Below are positions 17,673 through 27,393 of a DNA stretch of 64,000 bases, in pieces (within the stretch, counting starts at the first letter, position 1; every line of letters starts with the position of its first letter). The stretch covers positions 3,104,001 through 3,168,000 of the forward strand of contig OZ255842.1 of the NCBI GenBank assembly GCA_965277805.1. Reading direction: 5' to 3'. The translations under genes were made by a program, and so were the position numbers. Origin of the DNA: Candidatus Lustribacter sp. GTDB taxonomy: Bacteria > Vulcanimicrobiota > Vulcanimicrobiia > Vulcanimicrobiales > Vulcanimicrobiaceae. Below the pieces are notes generated by a model that was given only the letters and a program-made list of their open reading frames with translations, did no database searches and was not told the DNA's origin.

Positions 17673-18836
17673 ATGCCTCGTTTGCAGGACGCGATCACGA
17701 TCGATGATCTCAAGATCTTGGCACAGCGGCGATTGCCGCGCGTCCTTTGGGACTACCTCGAAGGCGGCGCCGAGGAGGAGCAAACGCTGCGGGCCAACCG
17801 CCGGGCGTTTGACCGCTACGCGTTCACACCGCGCGCGGCGACCGGCGAGGGCAAGCAAGACATCGGCATCGAGCTCTACGGCCACAAGTTGGCCGCGCCG
17901 TTCTTCGTCGGTCCGACCGGGCTCAACGGCATTTTCCAGCCCGACGGCGACCTTCAACTCACGCGAGCGTGCGATGAGGCCGGCATCGGCATGGCCCTCG
18001 CAACAGCTTCCAACAACTCCATCGAGGAAGTCGCAGCCGTCGCTACGCGTGGCACATTCCGGATGTTCCAGCTCTATCCGTGGGGCGGTCGCGAGTTGCA
18101 TTCGCATCTCGCAGATCGCGCTGCGGCTGCAGGATTCGGCGCGCTCATCGTGACCGTCGACTCGCTCTTTCCCGGTAATCGCCTGCGCGATCGGCGCAAT
18201 GGCTTTGCTCATTCGCTGCACATGACGCCGCGGACGGTCGTCGATGGCTTGCTGCACCCGGGCTGGCTCTTCTCCACCTGGCTTCCACGCGGAATGCCGA
18301 GCCTCAAGAATATCGCACCGTTACTGCCACCCGGGACGAGCGCGTTCGAACTTGCGGACTACACGCGGCGCCAGCGCAACACATACTATAACTGGGACGA
18401 TATCGCGTGGCTGCGCAGGACGTGGAACCGGCCGCTCATCGTCAAGGGTTTGTTGAATCCCGCAGACGTGCACCGAGCCCGGCAGGAAGGCCTAGACGGC
18501 GTCATCGTGTCTAATCACGGCGGTCGCGCTCTCGATGGCGCGCCGGCGACGTTGGACATTTTGCCGGCCATGCTGGAAGCCGCCGGCGACATGCCGGTCA
18601 TGATCGACAGCGGCTTTCGCCGGGGAGCGGACATCGTGAAGGCGCTTGCGCTCGGAGCCCGCTGCGTTCTGATCGGACGCGCTACGCTCTACGGACTTGC
18701 TGCGGGAGGCCAGGCGGGCGTCACGCGCGCTATCCAAATCTTGGCAGACGAAACCGAACGGGTTCTCGCACTTCTAGGCGTGGGCTCGGTGAACCAACTC
18801 AGTCCGAATCACGTCCAACAAACCCACGTGTTTTAA
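17673..18836 (+). CDS. FMN-dependent alpha-hydroxy acid dehydrogenase (mandelate/lactate dehydrogenase family)
   Basis: DYLEGGA, SNHGGR, DSGFRRGADIVKALALGA, GRATLYGL. Confidence 0.93.
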   Translation: MPRLQDAITIDDLKILAQRRLPRVLWDYLEGGAEEEQTLRANRRAFDRYAFTPRAATGEGKQDIGIELYGHKLAAPFFVGPTGLNGIFQPDGDLQLTRACDEAGIGMALATASNNSIEEVAAVATRGTFRMFQLYPWGGRELHSHLADRAAAAGFGALIVTVDSLFPGNRLRDRRNGFAHSLHMTPRTVVDGLLHPGWLFSTWLPRGMPSLKNIAPLLPPGTSAFELADYTRRQRNTYYNWDDIAWLRRTWNRPLIVKGLLNPADVHRARQEGLDGVIVSNHGGRALDGAPATLDILPAMLEAAGDMPVMIDSGFRRGADIVKALALGARCVLIGRATLYGLAAGGQAGVTRAIQILADETERVLALLGVGSVNQLSPNHVQQTHVF

Positions 18837-18846
18837 GGGGTCATCC

Positions 18847-19578
18847 ATGCGCGAGATCAAGGTTGCATATGAAGTCAACGGCCGGCCGCACGAGGGAAGC
18901 GTCGTCTACGATGAGACCCTCGAGCGTCCGCGACCCGCGCTCTACATGCAGCCGAATTGGTACGGCGTCTGCGAAAAGAACAGCGCACAAGCGGCGAGCA
19001 TCGCGGGGCGAGACTACGTCGTTCTCCTGGCCGACATGTTCGGCGCCGGCCACTTCGAAAAGGCCCTCACTCCGCCGGAGCGTTTGGAGCAAGTGAAGCA
19101 CCTCCACACGAACGTTGACGGCTTCACGCTTCCATGTTCGAATACCGCATTCGACGCGTTGATGGCGGAGGCGGTCAAGCAGGGCTGTGTCGACGCGTCG
19201 AAGCCTGCGTTTGGAGTCGGCTTCTGCGCCGGGGCGGGCGTGATGCTCGATCAGATGCGTAACGGTCTGAGCCTCGAAGCGTGTGCGCTCTTCCATTCCA
19301 CATTGCCCAACTCGGCGCGGCCGCCGGCCGAAAACAAACTGCGCGCGCGCTGTTTGATCCTGCACGGAGCAAACGACCCGGTTACATCCAAGGCCGACAT
19401 CGACACGCTCCAAACGGAGCTAACTGCCGCCGGAGTCGATTGGCAAACCGTGATGTTTGCGAATGGCCTCCATTCTTTCACCGAGCCCTACTGCAAGCCA
19501 AGTCCCGCCGAACGCTATGACGAGCATGCCACGTTGAAGGGCTACGATCTCATGAGGGATTTCTTCCTCAACTGGTAA
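18847..19578 (+). CDS. Dienelactone hydrolase family protein
   Basis: GFCAG nucleophile elbow, HGANDP, HSFT. Confidence 0.88.
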   Translation: MREIKVAYEVNGRPHEGSVVYDETLERPRPALYMQPNWYGVCEKNSAQAASIAGRDYVVLLADMFGAGHFEKALTPPERLEQVKHLHTNVDGFTLPCSNTAFDALMAEAVKQGCVDASKPAFGVGFCAGAGVMLDQMRNGLSLEACALFHSTLPNSARPPAENKLRARCLILHGANDPVTSKADIDTLQTELTAAGVDWQTVMFANGLHSFTEPYCKPSPAERYDEHATLKGYDLMRDFFLNW

Positions 19579-19604
19579 CGCGAAACGCTGCCGGATCTCG
19601 ATAC

Positions 19605-20693
19605 TTAAAACTCGTGCATGTGCGGTAGCACTTTGGATCCGAACAATTCGATCGAGCGCATCGTGCGTTCGCCGAGCTGAACGCCCACGGGCAGGTCAAT
19701 GAGGCCGGCGCCGAGTTCGTCGTGTATCCGCCGCACTTGTTTCAAGACGGTCTCCGGACTGCCGACGACGAGTTGCCCCAGTTCGATACGCTCGGCCAAC
19801 TGTCGCGTTGCGTTGCGCGTCGTCTGCCCCTTATAATCGCTGCCGAAGTATCCCGATTTGGTGACGGCTTCCGAAAGCGCTTTGTTCTGGTTGGTCAAGC
19901 TCACCCGCGGCGGCAGCGTGGCCATATCCGCGAAGGCTTGCTCGTCCGTCTCCGCCACGTGGAATGCGGCGCGGTAGATCACGTTCTCGGCAGTTGGTTC
20001 CCACCCGGCGGCGCGAGCGCACTCTCGATAATGCGTGACCGACTTTTTCGCGAGCGGAACCGTGGTGAAGGCGAATCCGGCGCCGATGTGGTTGTTGGCA
20101 GCGAATTCCGCCGCTTCCGGGCTCGACGTCGACATGAACATCGGCGGATGCGGATTCTGCACCGGCCTGGGCCAAATGGAGACCGTCCGGTTCTGGAAAT
20201 ATTTCCCTTCCCAGCCGAAGGGCTCCATCTCCGTCCAGCAGCGCCGGATCAAAGCCACGGCCTCGGCAAAACGCTCGCGCGATTCAGACGGATTGATGTT
20301 GTAGGTGACATACTCGTTGCCCGTGCCGCGCATCATTCCGGCCACGAGCCGGCCATTGGACATGACGTCGATCATCGCAAATTCTTCCGCCACGCGAATG
20401 GGGTTGAGGATCGGAATGGTGGGTCCGAGGACAGCGATCTTTGCTCTTTTCACGATTTGGCACAGCGCGCCGGCCATGACCATAGGGTTCGGCGTCAACG
20501 ACATCGGCGAAAAGTGGTGCTCGGCGCACGTGACCCAATCGAAACCGTATTCGTCGGCGAGACGAAACTGATCGAATGTCGTCTGCATCGAATGCACCGC
20601 GACGTCCGGCTCATAGAACGTTCCCGGCAAAGGCCAGACATCATCAGGTACCGTCGCCGCATAGCGGGCGCTGCAAAACAGTGAAGCCTTCAT
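19605..20693 (-). CDS. Luciferase-like (LLM) flavin-dependent monooxygenase
   Basis: AEHHF, PIRVAEEFAMIDVMSNGRL, WPRPVQNPHPP, IELFGSKVLP. Confidence 0.92.
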   Translation of the reverse strand: MKASLFCSARYAATVPDDVWPLPGTFYEPDVAVHSMQTTFDQFRLADEYGFDWVTCAEHHFSPMSLTPNPMVMAGALCQIVKRAKIAVLGPTIPILNPIRVAEEFAMIDVMSNGRLVAGMMRGTGNEYVTYNINPSESRERFAEAVALIRRCWTEMEPFGWEGKYFQNRTVSIWPRPVQNPHPPMFMSTSSPEAAEFAANNHIGAGFAFTTVPLAKKSVTHYRECARAAGWEPTAENVIYRAAFHVAETDEQAFADMATLPPRVSLTNQNKALSEAVTKSGYFGSDYKGQTTRNATRQLAERIELGQLVVGSPETVLKQVRRIHDELGAGLIDLPVGVQLGERTMRSIELFGSKVLPHMHEF

Positions 20694-21325
20694 TACGATC
20701 TTTCAGGGTGAACGAGAGCGCGCGTCTCGCGGACGACAAATTGTTCCTTGCGGGTCAAGAAATCTCCGACCACCGATGCGAATGCCTCAGGTTGGTCGGC
20801 ATCGATCGCTTGAGCTGCGCCGTAAACGAACACGACGTGGCAGCTCCGCAAGACCTGACGGTAGAGGCGCGCGCCCTCCGGCGCTACCTTGTCGTCGGCG
20901 CCGAAAAGGATCAGCACCGGTTGCGCCAGCTCGGCGACGCGCTTCTCAAATGATTCGTCGGGCGGCGACGCGGCCGGGGCGCTCAAGACGATCGTTTCCA
21001 CCGATTCCGGCTGAAGGATCGCCATCCACAACGCGACCGTCGATCCGAGCGCGGTCCCCACGACGCTGTACCGCTCGATGCCGAGCGCAGCAGCCGCAGC
21101 ATTCACGTGGCGAGCAAGATCCTCGATGGAGGCCGAGCCTCGATTCTCCGGCAGCTCCAAAGCGATGACGCGAAAGGTTTGCGCCAGTAATTCGCGGCTG
21201 GGTGAGCGTTGCAGACTGCCGGCTTCGTGCAGATAGATGATCGGGTGGCCATGCCCCGCCTGAACCCACCGGACGCGAAAACCGCCGGCTTCGACGAACC
21301 CCTCTGTAGAGGACTCACTGATCAT
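20693..21325 (-). CDS. Alpha/beta hydrolase-fold protein with a degenerate catalytic triad
   Basis: Hydrolase-fold layout, but GTALG replaces GxSxG and GAAQA sits where the catalytic His is expected; stop overlaps the LLM start (TAATG). Confidence 0.75.
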   Translation of the reverse strand: MISESSTEGFVEAGGFRVRWVQAGHGHPIIYLHEAGSLQRSPSRELLAQTFRVIALELPENRGSASIEDLARHVNAAAAALGIERYSVVGTALGSTVALWMAILQPESVETIVLSAPAASPPDESFEKRVAELAQPVLILFGADDKVAPEGARLYRQVLRSCHVVFVYGAAQAIDADQPEAFASVVGDFLTRKEQFVVRETRALVHPERS

Positions 21326-21367
21326 GGGTAGCCGTCTTCCGTGCTCGCGGCCGATTCGCATGCAATG

Positions 21368-21395
21368 AAAAAACCCCGATTTCTCGGGGTTTAAA
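21368..21395 (-). terminator. Rho-independent terminator
   Basis: Minus strand CCCCGA-GAAA-TCGGGG followed by TTTTTT, downstream of the hemerythrin gene and a tRNA 3' fragment. Confidence 0.8.
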
Positions 21396-21412
21396 CTGGA
21401 GCCGGCGGCGGA
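21374..21412 (-). repeat. Degenerate copy of tRNA-Thr 3' end plus hairpin (att-like scar 1)
   Basis: + strand CCCCGATTTCTCGGGGTTTAAACTGGAGCCGGCGGCGGA versus CGGTTTCTCGGGTTTGAACTGGAGCCGACGAGCGGA at 31132-31167. Confidence 0.8.
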
Positions 21413-21417
21413 TCTGC

Positions 21418-21903
21418 TCAGGCAGCCTTTTTTCGCGTGGGCGGCACTTTGGCGGGGTCGGCAGGGAGCTGCTGACGCGCCTTTTCCCATTTCTTACCAA
21501 GATCGTCAAGCTCAGCCTGCGTGAGCAACTTCTTCGCAAGCGAGAAAATTGTCGATTCCTCTTCCTGCACATGGTGTTTGATACTTTCGCCGAGAACCTG
21601 GAGCTCGGCCTTGAAGCGCTCGTCGCGCTTACGCCGCGATTTCAGCATTGCGATCAAATGCGAAGCGACTTCGTGTTCCGTGTAGGCTTCGAAAACGTCG
21701 ACGCGCTCATCTTGCTCTTCCGCTCGCTTACGCAATTGGGCATAGAAAAGCCGCTCCTCGATTTCCACGTGCGTCGTGAGCGCGTGCTCGATGCGCTTTG
21801 CCAGGTCAGCCAATTGCGCGTCGTCGGGTTCGAGTTTTTCCGCTTCGTCCAACATTGCCGCCGCGTCGCGATGCTCTTTTTTGATGATGTCGAGGATGCT
21901 CAC
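21418..21903 (-). CDS. Hemerythrin (HHE) domain protein
   Basis: KKEH, HVEIEERLFY, EHEVA, HHVQEEESTIF; GTG start with an AAAGGA RBS. Confidence 0.9.
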   Translation of the reverse strand: MSILDIIKKEHRDAAAMLDEAEKLEPDDAQLADLAKRIEHALTTHVEIEERLFYAQLRKRAEEQDERVDVFEAYTEHEVASHLIAMLKSRRKRDERFKAELQVLGESIKHHVQEEESTIFSLAKKLLTQAELDDLGKKWEKARQQLPADPAKVPPTRKKAA

Positions 21904-21993
21904 GGGTACGTCCTTTCTGACATATTGCGCGGCCGGATGGCAGCTACATGAACGTTCATACCCACAGCGCCATGGCGGTTAACCCCGTTCAAT

Positions 21994-22036
21994 CCCCCGA
22001 TTTCTCGGGGGTTTGGAACTGGGCCGGCGAGCGGAC
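21994..22036 (-). repeat. Degenerate copy of tRNA-Thr 3' end plus hairpin (att-like scar 2)
   Basis: + strand CCCCCGATTTCTCGGGGGTTTGGAACTGGGCCGGCGAGCGGAC, colinear with 31132-31168 and 21374-21412. Confidence 0.8.
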
Positions 22037-22095
22037 CGGCGCCGGGGCGGCGAAGGCCGTTCCGCGGCACGTGCTCGCCGTCGAGCGGTGCTGCG

Positions 22096-22123
22096 TTGAC
22101 GATCCCAAACCGATCCGTATACT
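22096..22123 (+). promoter_or_regulatory. Candidate sigma70 promoter of the Rieske oxygenase gene
   Basis: TTGACG-16 nt-TATACT, 36 nt upstream of ATG 22160. Confidence 0.5.
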
Positions 22124-22159
22124 GTTTAAAGCTTATTCTTGTGAATTCGAGGCCTTGCC

Positions 22160-23386
22160 ATGGCGCTAGCTCCCGACGTCAATAAGTTGCTGACGCAAGT
22201 CGGCCCAGGGACCCCCGGCGGCGCGCTGTTGCGGCGTTACTGGATGCCGATCGCACCGGTGGCGGCGCTGGACGCCGGCCCCAAGATGCGTGTCCGAATC
22301 TTGGGCGAGAATCTCGTGCTCTTCCGCGACGGTACCGGCAGCTACGGCCTCATTCCCGAGGCCTGCCCGCACCGCCATGCCTCACTCTATAACGGCTTTG
22401 TCGAAAGTGACGGACTGCGCTGTCCGTACCATGGCTGGAAGTTCAGCGCCGGCGGCGCCTGTATCGATCAACCATTCGAACCGGCAGACTCGAAGCTGCG
22501 CGCCCTTGCCGCTCGCACGGCCTATCCGGTACAGAAGCTAGCAGGCCTCCTGTTCGCGTATCTGGGGCCCGCGCCGGCGCCGCTGCTGCCGCGCTGGGAG
22601 TATCTCGTGCGCGACGATGGAACGCGCTCGATCGTCGTGCTGCCGGAGCATCACTGCAACTGGCTGCAGAGCCAAGAGAATTCGAACGATCCGGTGCACA
22701 CCTACCATCTGCACGGCCGCATGATGCAAGAGCAGGGTCAAGCCGAAGTTGAGCGCGCCGCGATCGCGTACTTCCTGCGGCCGATTGAGAACTACAGCTT
22801 CGAGCTGTGTCACGAGCCGGCATGGAGCGGCATTCGCAAAGTGCGGGCCTTCGGCGGCGATCGGCCGGAAGTCGAAAGCGGTCATCCGGCCATTTTCCCC
22901 AACATTCTCGTCGCGCCGCAGGGCCGTGAGATCACGATGCATTGGCGGGTACCGATTGACGACGAGCACACGCGAATCTTCTGGTCCGAGTTCACGCCGG
23001 CGGAGCACAGCGTGACCCAGCGCGATGAGGATATCCCGGTGACGTATCTTCCGCATCCGCTGCGCCCCGACGGCGAATACGATCTGACAACGTTTCCGAA
23101 TCAGGATCTTATGGCGTGGGAGACGCAAGGCCCCATCGTCGACCGATCGACGGAATTGCTCGGTGCGTCCGACAAGGGCATCTTGATGTACCGTAAATTG
23201 CTGCGCGAACAGATCGAACTGGTGCAGAACGGCGGGGAACCGGCCGGGGTCATTCGCGATGCCGAACTCAATCGGATCATCGAGCTCTCGGTACACCGCG
23301 GACTCGCGAACATAACGAACGAGCTACAGCCGGATGACGGCACGGCCGGGTCGCGATCGGTGTTCGCCTCAGCTAATGGCGACTAG
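22160..23386 (+). CDS. Rieske oxygenase alpha subunit (phthalate 4,5-dioxygenase/LigX-like group), paralog A
   Basis: VGPGTPGGALLRRYW, CPH...CPYH, ENSNDPVHTYHLH, SDKGILMYR. Confidence 0.92.
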   Translation: MALAPDVNKLLTQVGPGTPGGALLRRYWMPIAPVAALDAGPKMRVRILGENLVLFRDGTGSYGLIPEACPHRHASLYNGFVESDGLRCPYHGWKFSAGGACIDQPFEPADSKLRALAARTAYPVQKLAGLLFAYLGPAPAPLLPRWEYLVRDDGTRSIVVLPEHHCNWLQSQENSNDPVHTYHLHGRMMQEQGQAEVERAAIAYFLRPIENYSFELCHEPAWSGIRKVRAFGGDRPEVESGHPAIFPNILVAPQGREITMHWRVPIDDEHTRIFWSEFTPAEHSVTQRDEDIPVTYLPHPLRPDGEYDLTTFPNQDLMAWETQGPIVDRSTELLGASDKGILMYRKLLREQIELVQNGGEPAGVIRDAELNRIIELSVHRGLANITNELQPDDGTAGSRSVFASANGD

Positions 23387-23776
23387 TCCGGCACGCGCGA
23401 CGATTTCGTCCTCATGCGAGGGCCGGCCCGAAACCCCGATGCCTCCGACGCATTCGTCCTTATAGATGATCGGCAGCCCACCCTGAACTTGCAACAGATT
23501 CGCCGGATTGAGAAAATTTACGAAGCCGGGCCGGTCTTTCATGCGTTCTTCCAGCTCTTTTGTCGGACGTTTTGTGAGCGCGGCCGCGCGGGCCTTAGCG
23601 AGCGCCACTTCGCCTCCCGGAACACCCGGCTCGCCAACGATCTCGACGTGGATAACATTGCCGCTGTCGTTGACGATTGCAATCGAAACGTTCCAGCCGT
23701 TTTTCTGCGCCTCGGCTTTGGCGTGCGCGATGATGTTCGCGATATCGGAGGTTTCGAGGATCGGTCGGGTTCGCAT
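23369..23776 (-). CDS. GlcG/HbpS family heme-binding protein
   Basis: VSIAIVNDSG, ALAKARAAA, GGLPI..CVGGIGVSG...DEIVARAG. Confidence 0.88.
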   Translation of the reverse strand: MRTRPILETSDIANIIAHAKAEAQKNGWNVSIAIVNDSGNVIHVEIVGEPGVPGGEVALAKARAAALTKRPTKELEERMKDRPGFVNFLNPANLLQVQGGLPIIYKDECVGGIGVSGRPSHEDEIVARAGLVAIS

Positions 23777-23813
23777 CGTTACACGTTCCTTTGCTCATGA
23801 AAGCTGATCGTCT

Positions 23814-24995
23814 ATGTTAGCACGCATCTTTCGTATCGCACTCGTGGCGCTACTGCTCGTCCCGGCGACCCCGAACTGCGCCGGAGCAGCCGCTACGTCG
23901 GGTACCCCGATCGAAATCCACGCCATCGCCTCGCTGACGGGGTACGCCGCATTTCTCGGAGCCGGTACCGCTCAAGCGATCACGGCGGCCGAAACAGCGC
24001 TAAATGCTGAGGGCGGCATCAACGGGCGTCCGATCAAGTTCGTCGTTCACGACGACCAGTCGCAAGCGCAGCAAGACGTGCAGATCCTCAACGATCTCAT
24101 CACGCGGAATGTGCCGGTCATCGTGGGGCCGGGTCTGGTATCCGCATGCGGCGCGATGTTACCGCTGCTTTCGAATGGCCCGGTCGATCTGTGCTTTTCA
24201 ACCGGTGCGCATCCCCCAGCCGGCAGTTATCAGTTCGTCATGGGTGTTCCGAGTCAGGATCAAATCGCAGCGTCACTGCGCTATCTGCGCGCGCGGGGCT
24301 TGCGGAAATTCGCACTCATCATCCCGAACGATGCGACCGGTCAGGACGCCGGCCGCGTCATCGATTCGGTGATGGCGCTGCCGGAGAATAAGGAACTCAC
24401 GATTGTCGATCGTCAGTTTTTCTCCCCCGCTGACACGAGCGTCAGCGCACAGATAGCGCGCATTCGCAGCAGCGGCGCGCAAGCGCTGATCGCTTGGGCC
24501 ACGGGCGCCCCGTTCGGCACGGTCCTGCACGGCATCCAAGACGCGGGTCTGGATATACCGGTTCTCGGCGGCGCCGGCAACGTTACCTACGCGACTCTGG
24601 CCGCGTACGCTTCGATCCTGCCGCCGAACACCTTTTTCCCGACCTATCCCGCGCTCGTCGTGCCCGAAAGCATCCAAGATCCCGGCGTTCGCCGCGCGGT
24701 CGCGGCGCTGCGCGCAGCTTACACGTCCTTGGGCACGGAGCCCGATCTCGCTGCGATTCCGTGGGATGCCGCCCACATCATTGTGGCAGCGTACCGCAAA
24801 TATGGCGCCGGCATGACGTCCGCACAGATGCGCGACTTTATGTCCGCCCTCAAATATGCCGGGGCGTTCGGATCGTTCGATTACCAGGCGCACGTGCAAG
24901 GCGGCCTCGACACGAGTACCGCGCTCGTCGTCCGCTACAATAAAGATAAGAAGGCGTTCGAAGCGGTGAGCAAAATGGGCGGCGAACCGCGGTAG
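23814..24995 (+). CDS. ABC substrate-binding protein, LivJ/branched-chain amino acid type (often binds aromatic acids)
   Basis: Signal peptide, SLTGYAAFLG, NAEGGINGRPIKFVVHDDQS. Confidence 0.88.
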   Translation: MLARIFRIALVALLLVPATPNCAGAAATSGTPIEIHAIASLTGYAAFLGAGTAQAITAAETALNAEGGINGRPIKFVVHDDQSQAQQDVQILNDLITRNVPVIVGPGLVSACGAMLPLLSNGPVDLCFSTGAHPPAGSYQFVMGVPSQDQIAASLRYLRARGLRKFALIIPNDATGQDAGRVIDSVMALPENKELTIVDRQFFSPADTSVSAQIARIRSSGAQALIAWATGAPFGTVLHGIQDAGLDIPVLGGAGNVTYATLAAYASILPPNTFFPTYPALVVPESIQDPGVRRAVAALRAAYTSLGTEPDLAAIPWDAAHIIVAAYRKYGAGMTSAQMRDFMSALKYAGAFGSFDYQAHVQGGLDTSTALVVRYNKDKKAFEAVSKMGGEPR

Positions 24996-25031
24996 TCCTC
25001 ACGCACCGCCGGCCGCGAAAACCCGAGCTTA

Positions 25032-25436
25032 TTAGCTCGGCGAGCCGATAACGATACGGCCAGCCTCTATCACGACCGGGATCGGCGGGAGTCTCTCGCC
25101 CGCGCAAACACCATCGTCGCATATGCCGTCGTCGAATCGAAAGCGAGCGTAGTGATGATCGCACAAGATGTAGGCACCGATCGTGCGCACGTTCTTCTGG
25201 AGGTTTAGCGTGATGGATTCGTGCGGGCAGAGGTTCTCATAAGCGAAGATGCCTTCTGCGCTGCGTACGATGATTACGCGCCCGAAGAGGCGGGCGGTTC
25301 CGACTGGCACGTCGGTAACGCCGCAGAGATCGGTACCCGGCGGCGGTACTAAACCCAACGCCCTAAGTACACGGCCGGCGATTTCTCGTGCGGCGCGACG
25401 TCCGCAAAGAGCGTGATGCCGAATTCCATGCTCCAC
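25032..25436 (-). CDS. Small Rieske [2Fe-2S] ferredoxin
   Basis: AYENLCPH...ILCDHHYARF..DDGIC..G.C; true start may lie downstream of 25436. Confidence 0.8.
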   Translation of the reverse strand: MEHGIRHHALCGRRAAREIAGRVLRALGLVPPPGTDLCGVTDVPVGTARLFGRVIIVRSAEGIFAYENLCPHESITLNLQKNVRTIGAYILCDHHYARFRFDDGICDDGVCAGERLPPIPVVIEAGRIVIGSPS

Positions 25437-25495
25437 TGTATTCGGCGCGGGTCGGCTTAGTCAATTGCCTTGCATGCCCAAAGATTAAGTTGCTG

Positions 25496-26248
25496 CTACC
25501 CAGACTGAGTCAGCGTCGTGTAGTAGCGCCAAGTAGCTTTTGCACGCCCGCCCGGCTTGCCGGCGCCGGCGGACGAATACTGCGGGCTCTCCCGCTCAGC
25601 GCGAAAGACGGCCTGATCCTGCTCGGAAATCGGTTCTGGATCGCCGAGCAAGTGCGCCTCGTAGTTCATCGTCGCGAGGGTGTTCAGAGTGATCGCATCC
25701 AGCGCCGCTTCTTCAACGCTCTGATTAGCCGTTGTGATTCCGTGTCCGCGCATCAGACACACGCGCTTCGAGCCGATCGCACGCACTAAATCGCCTCCAA
25801 GCTCCGGCGTGTTAATCGTAACGCTGCGTTCGTACGTGGGTATTCCATCGAGTACCAGCTTGGCACCGGAAGGGTCGTACGCACCGAAGAGCGGGAGCAG
25901 CGGTTTTCTGCAGATCGTAAACAGCACGACGGTTGCCGGATGGATGTGGACAACGGCGTTGACTTCCGGTCGCGCGCGATAGAGCGCCGTGTGAATGAAG
26001 ACCTCGGAGGGCGCAACAAGTCCAGGCCGGTTACCGATGGCGTGCCCGTCGAGATCGATCTCGATGACCTCGTCCGGCGTGGTATAGCGAACGCCGAGTT
26101 CGTCTTGTCCGCGTGCGCGGATGAACGCACGCTCTGTTCCGGGGAGGCGCGCGCTTACATGGCCAGTAGCGGCTTTCGTGAGGTTTAGCGTTCCGAGCAC
26201 GCGACACGCCTGCGCGACTCGTTCGCGAATATCGTCTATCTCATTCAT
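25496..26248 (-). CDS. Class II aldolase/adducin family protein, resembling 3,4-dihydroxyphthalate decarboxylase (PhtC)
   Basis: ACRVL, TGHVSAR, PSEVFIH, AVVHIHP, GAYDPSG, RGHG. The RARG..E.G..YT and GAYD blocks recall PhtC (from memory). Confidence 0.8.
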   Translation of the reverse strand: MNEIDDIRERVAQACRVLGTLNLTKAATGHVSARLPGTERAFIRARGQDELGVRYTTPDEVIEIDLDGHAIGNRPGLVAPSEVFIHTALYRARPEVNAVVHIHPATVVLFTICRKPLLPLFGAYDPSGAKLVLDGIPTYERSVTINTPELGGDLVRAIGSKRVCLMRGHGITTANQSVEEAALDAITLNTLATMNYEAHLLGDPEPISEQDQAVFRAERESPQYSSAGAGKPGGRAKATWRYYTTLTQSG

Positions 26249-26418
26249 GTCCGGCGCTTGTTGATGCCCGGTTCCATTCCCCCTTTAGCTCGCCGCCGGA
26301 GCCGAGCTGCAGCTAACGGCCGTTAAGGAAGCGTAGAGTGAACCCGCAATGTCGCTGACTACGCTTCCACCGATGCGAAGCTTTGGAACCGTCCGGGCAC
26401 TCCGCATCGTCAGCGCAA

Positions 26419-27393
26419 TTAGTCACGCTGGCCGCCATTGCGCACCCCCCGCGATTGGGCGAAGATCAATTCCGTGGCGGCGAACGCGCGTGGAATGACA
26501 TGATACTTGGCTGCTGCGTTGATGACCGGTTGAATCATTGCCGGGTCGATGGTCAAAGCAACTTCGGTGTACTGCATGTGCGCGAGTACGTCAACCGGGA
26601 TGTGCGAGAACTGCGAGACCAGCGGGTAGAGTTCGCGGTAGTGGGCGTTGATGTACACCGACGCGCGGTTGTAGGCGTTTGCAAAATCGAACACTGCCTG
26701 GGGGTGCTGCTCGGCCCACGGGCGGTACGCGAAGTCACAGTCGACCAAAAACTTCGGTCCGATCGAATCGTATGGCTTGGCGATCGATCTGGCCCCAATT
26801 GCAAGCGCGGCGCTGAGAAAGGGATCGTACACGCCGGCCGCATCGATCTTTCCAGCCTGCAACGCACTCGCAACCGATGGTGGCGGCATCTCGATGAAGT
26901 GCACGCTCGAGCTATCACCGCCGTCTTGATCGACGATACCCTTGATCGAGACCGTGAAGAGATCGCTCAGCCCGGGTACCGCAACGTTCTTGCCGTTGAG
27001 GTCTTTGGCTCGACGGACCGCCGATCCGGGCGCCGCGACCAGCTGGATGTTTTCGCTAATGGTGCCATCGTAGGTTGAGCCTGGCGTGACGATCGCAACC
27101 GGGACTCCCTTCGCATGCGCCAGGCAGAGCGAGAGCACGTTGCTGTTAGCAATTTGCGCGCTACCACCGATCAGCGCCGCCATGGCGACTGCTCCGGACG
27201 TTTGCGGCTGGATTGTCACGTCGAGCCCAGCTTGGCGAAACCACCCCTGCTGTTGAGCGTAGTACACGCTCGCGTTGTCCGGACCGGATAGCGGGGCCAC
27301 GATGACGGGGGTCGTTGTCTGCGCTGCGACCGGATACGTCGCGGAACCGAGAGCGAGCGCGGCCGAGGTGCCGAGAAACCGTTGGCGGTTCAT
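26419..27393 (-). CDS. ABC substrate-binding protein, SsuA/THI5 family
   Basis: Tat-like N-terminus (NRQRFL), GWFRQAGLDV, DLNGKNVAVPG, GKIDAA. Confidence 0.9.
   Translation of the reverse strand: MNRQRFLGTSAALALGSATYPVAAQTTTPVIVAPLSGPDNASVYYAQQQGWFRQAGLDVTIQPQTSGAVAMAALIGGSAQIANSNVLSLCLAHAKGVPVAIVTPGSTYDGTISENIQLVAAPGSAVRRAKDLNGKNVAVPGLSDLFTVSIKGIVDQDGGDSSSVHFIEMPPPSVASALQAGKIDAAGVYDPFLSAALAIGARSIAKPYDSIGPKFLVDCDFAYRPWAEQHPQAVFDFANAYNRASVYINAHYRELYPLVSQFSHIPVDVLAHMQYTEVALTIDPAMIQPVINAAAKYHVIPRAFAATELIFAQSRGVRNGGQRD

Noticed and set aside
26327-26368. 10-bp inverted repeat GGAAGCGTAG / CTACGCTTCC between the binding-protein and aldolase genes
   Set aside because: Single copy, no U tract and no target-site duplication. 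It may be an mRNA stabiliser, but there is no support for a specific call.
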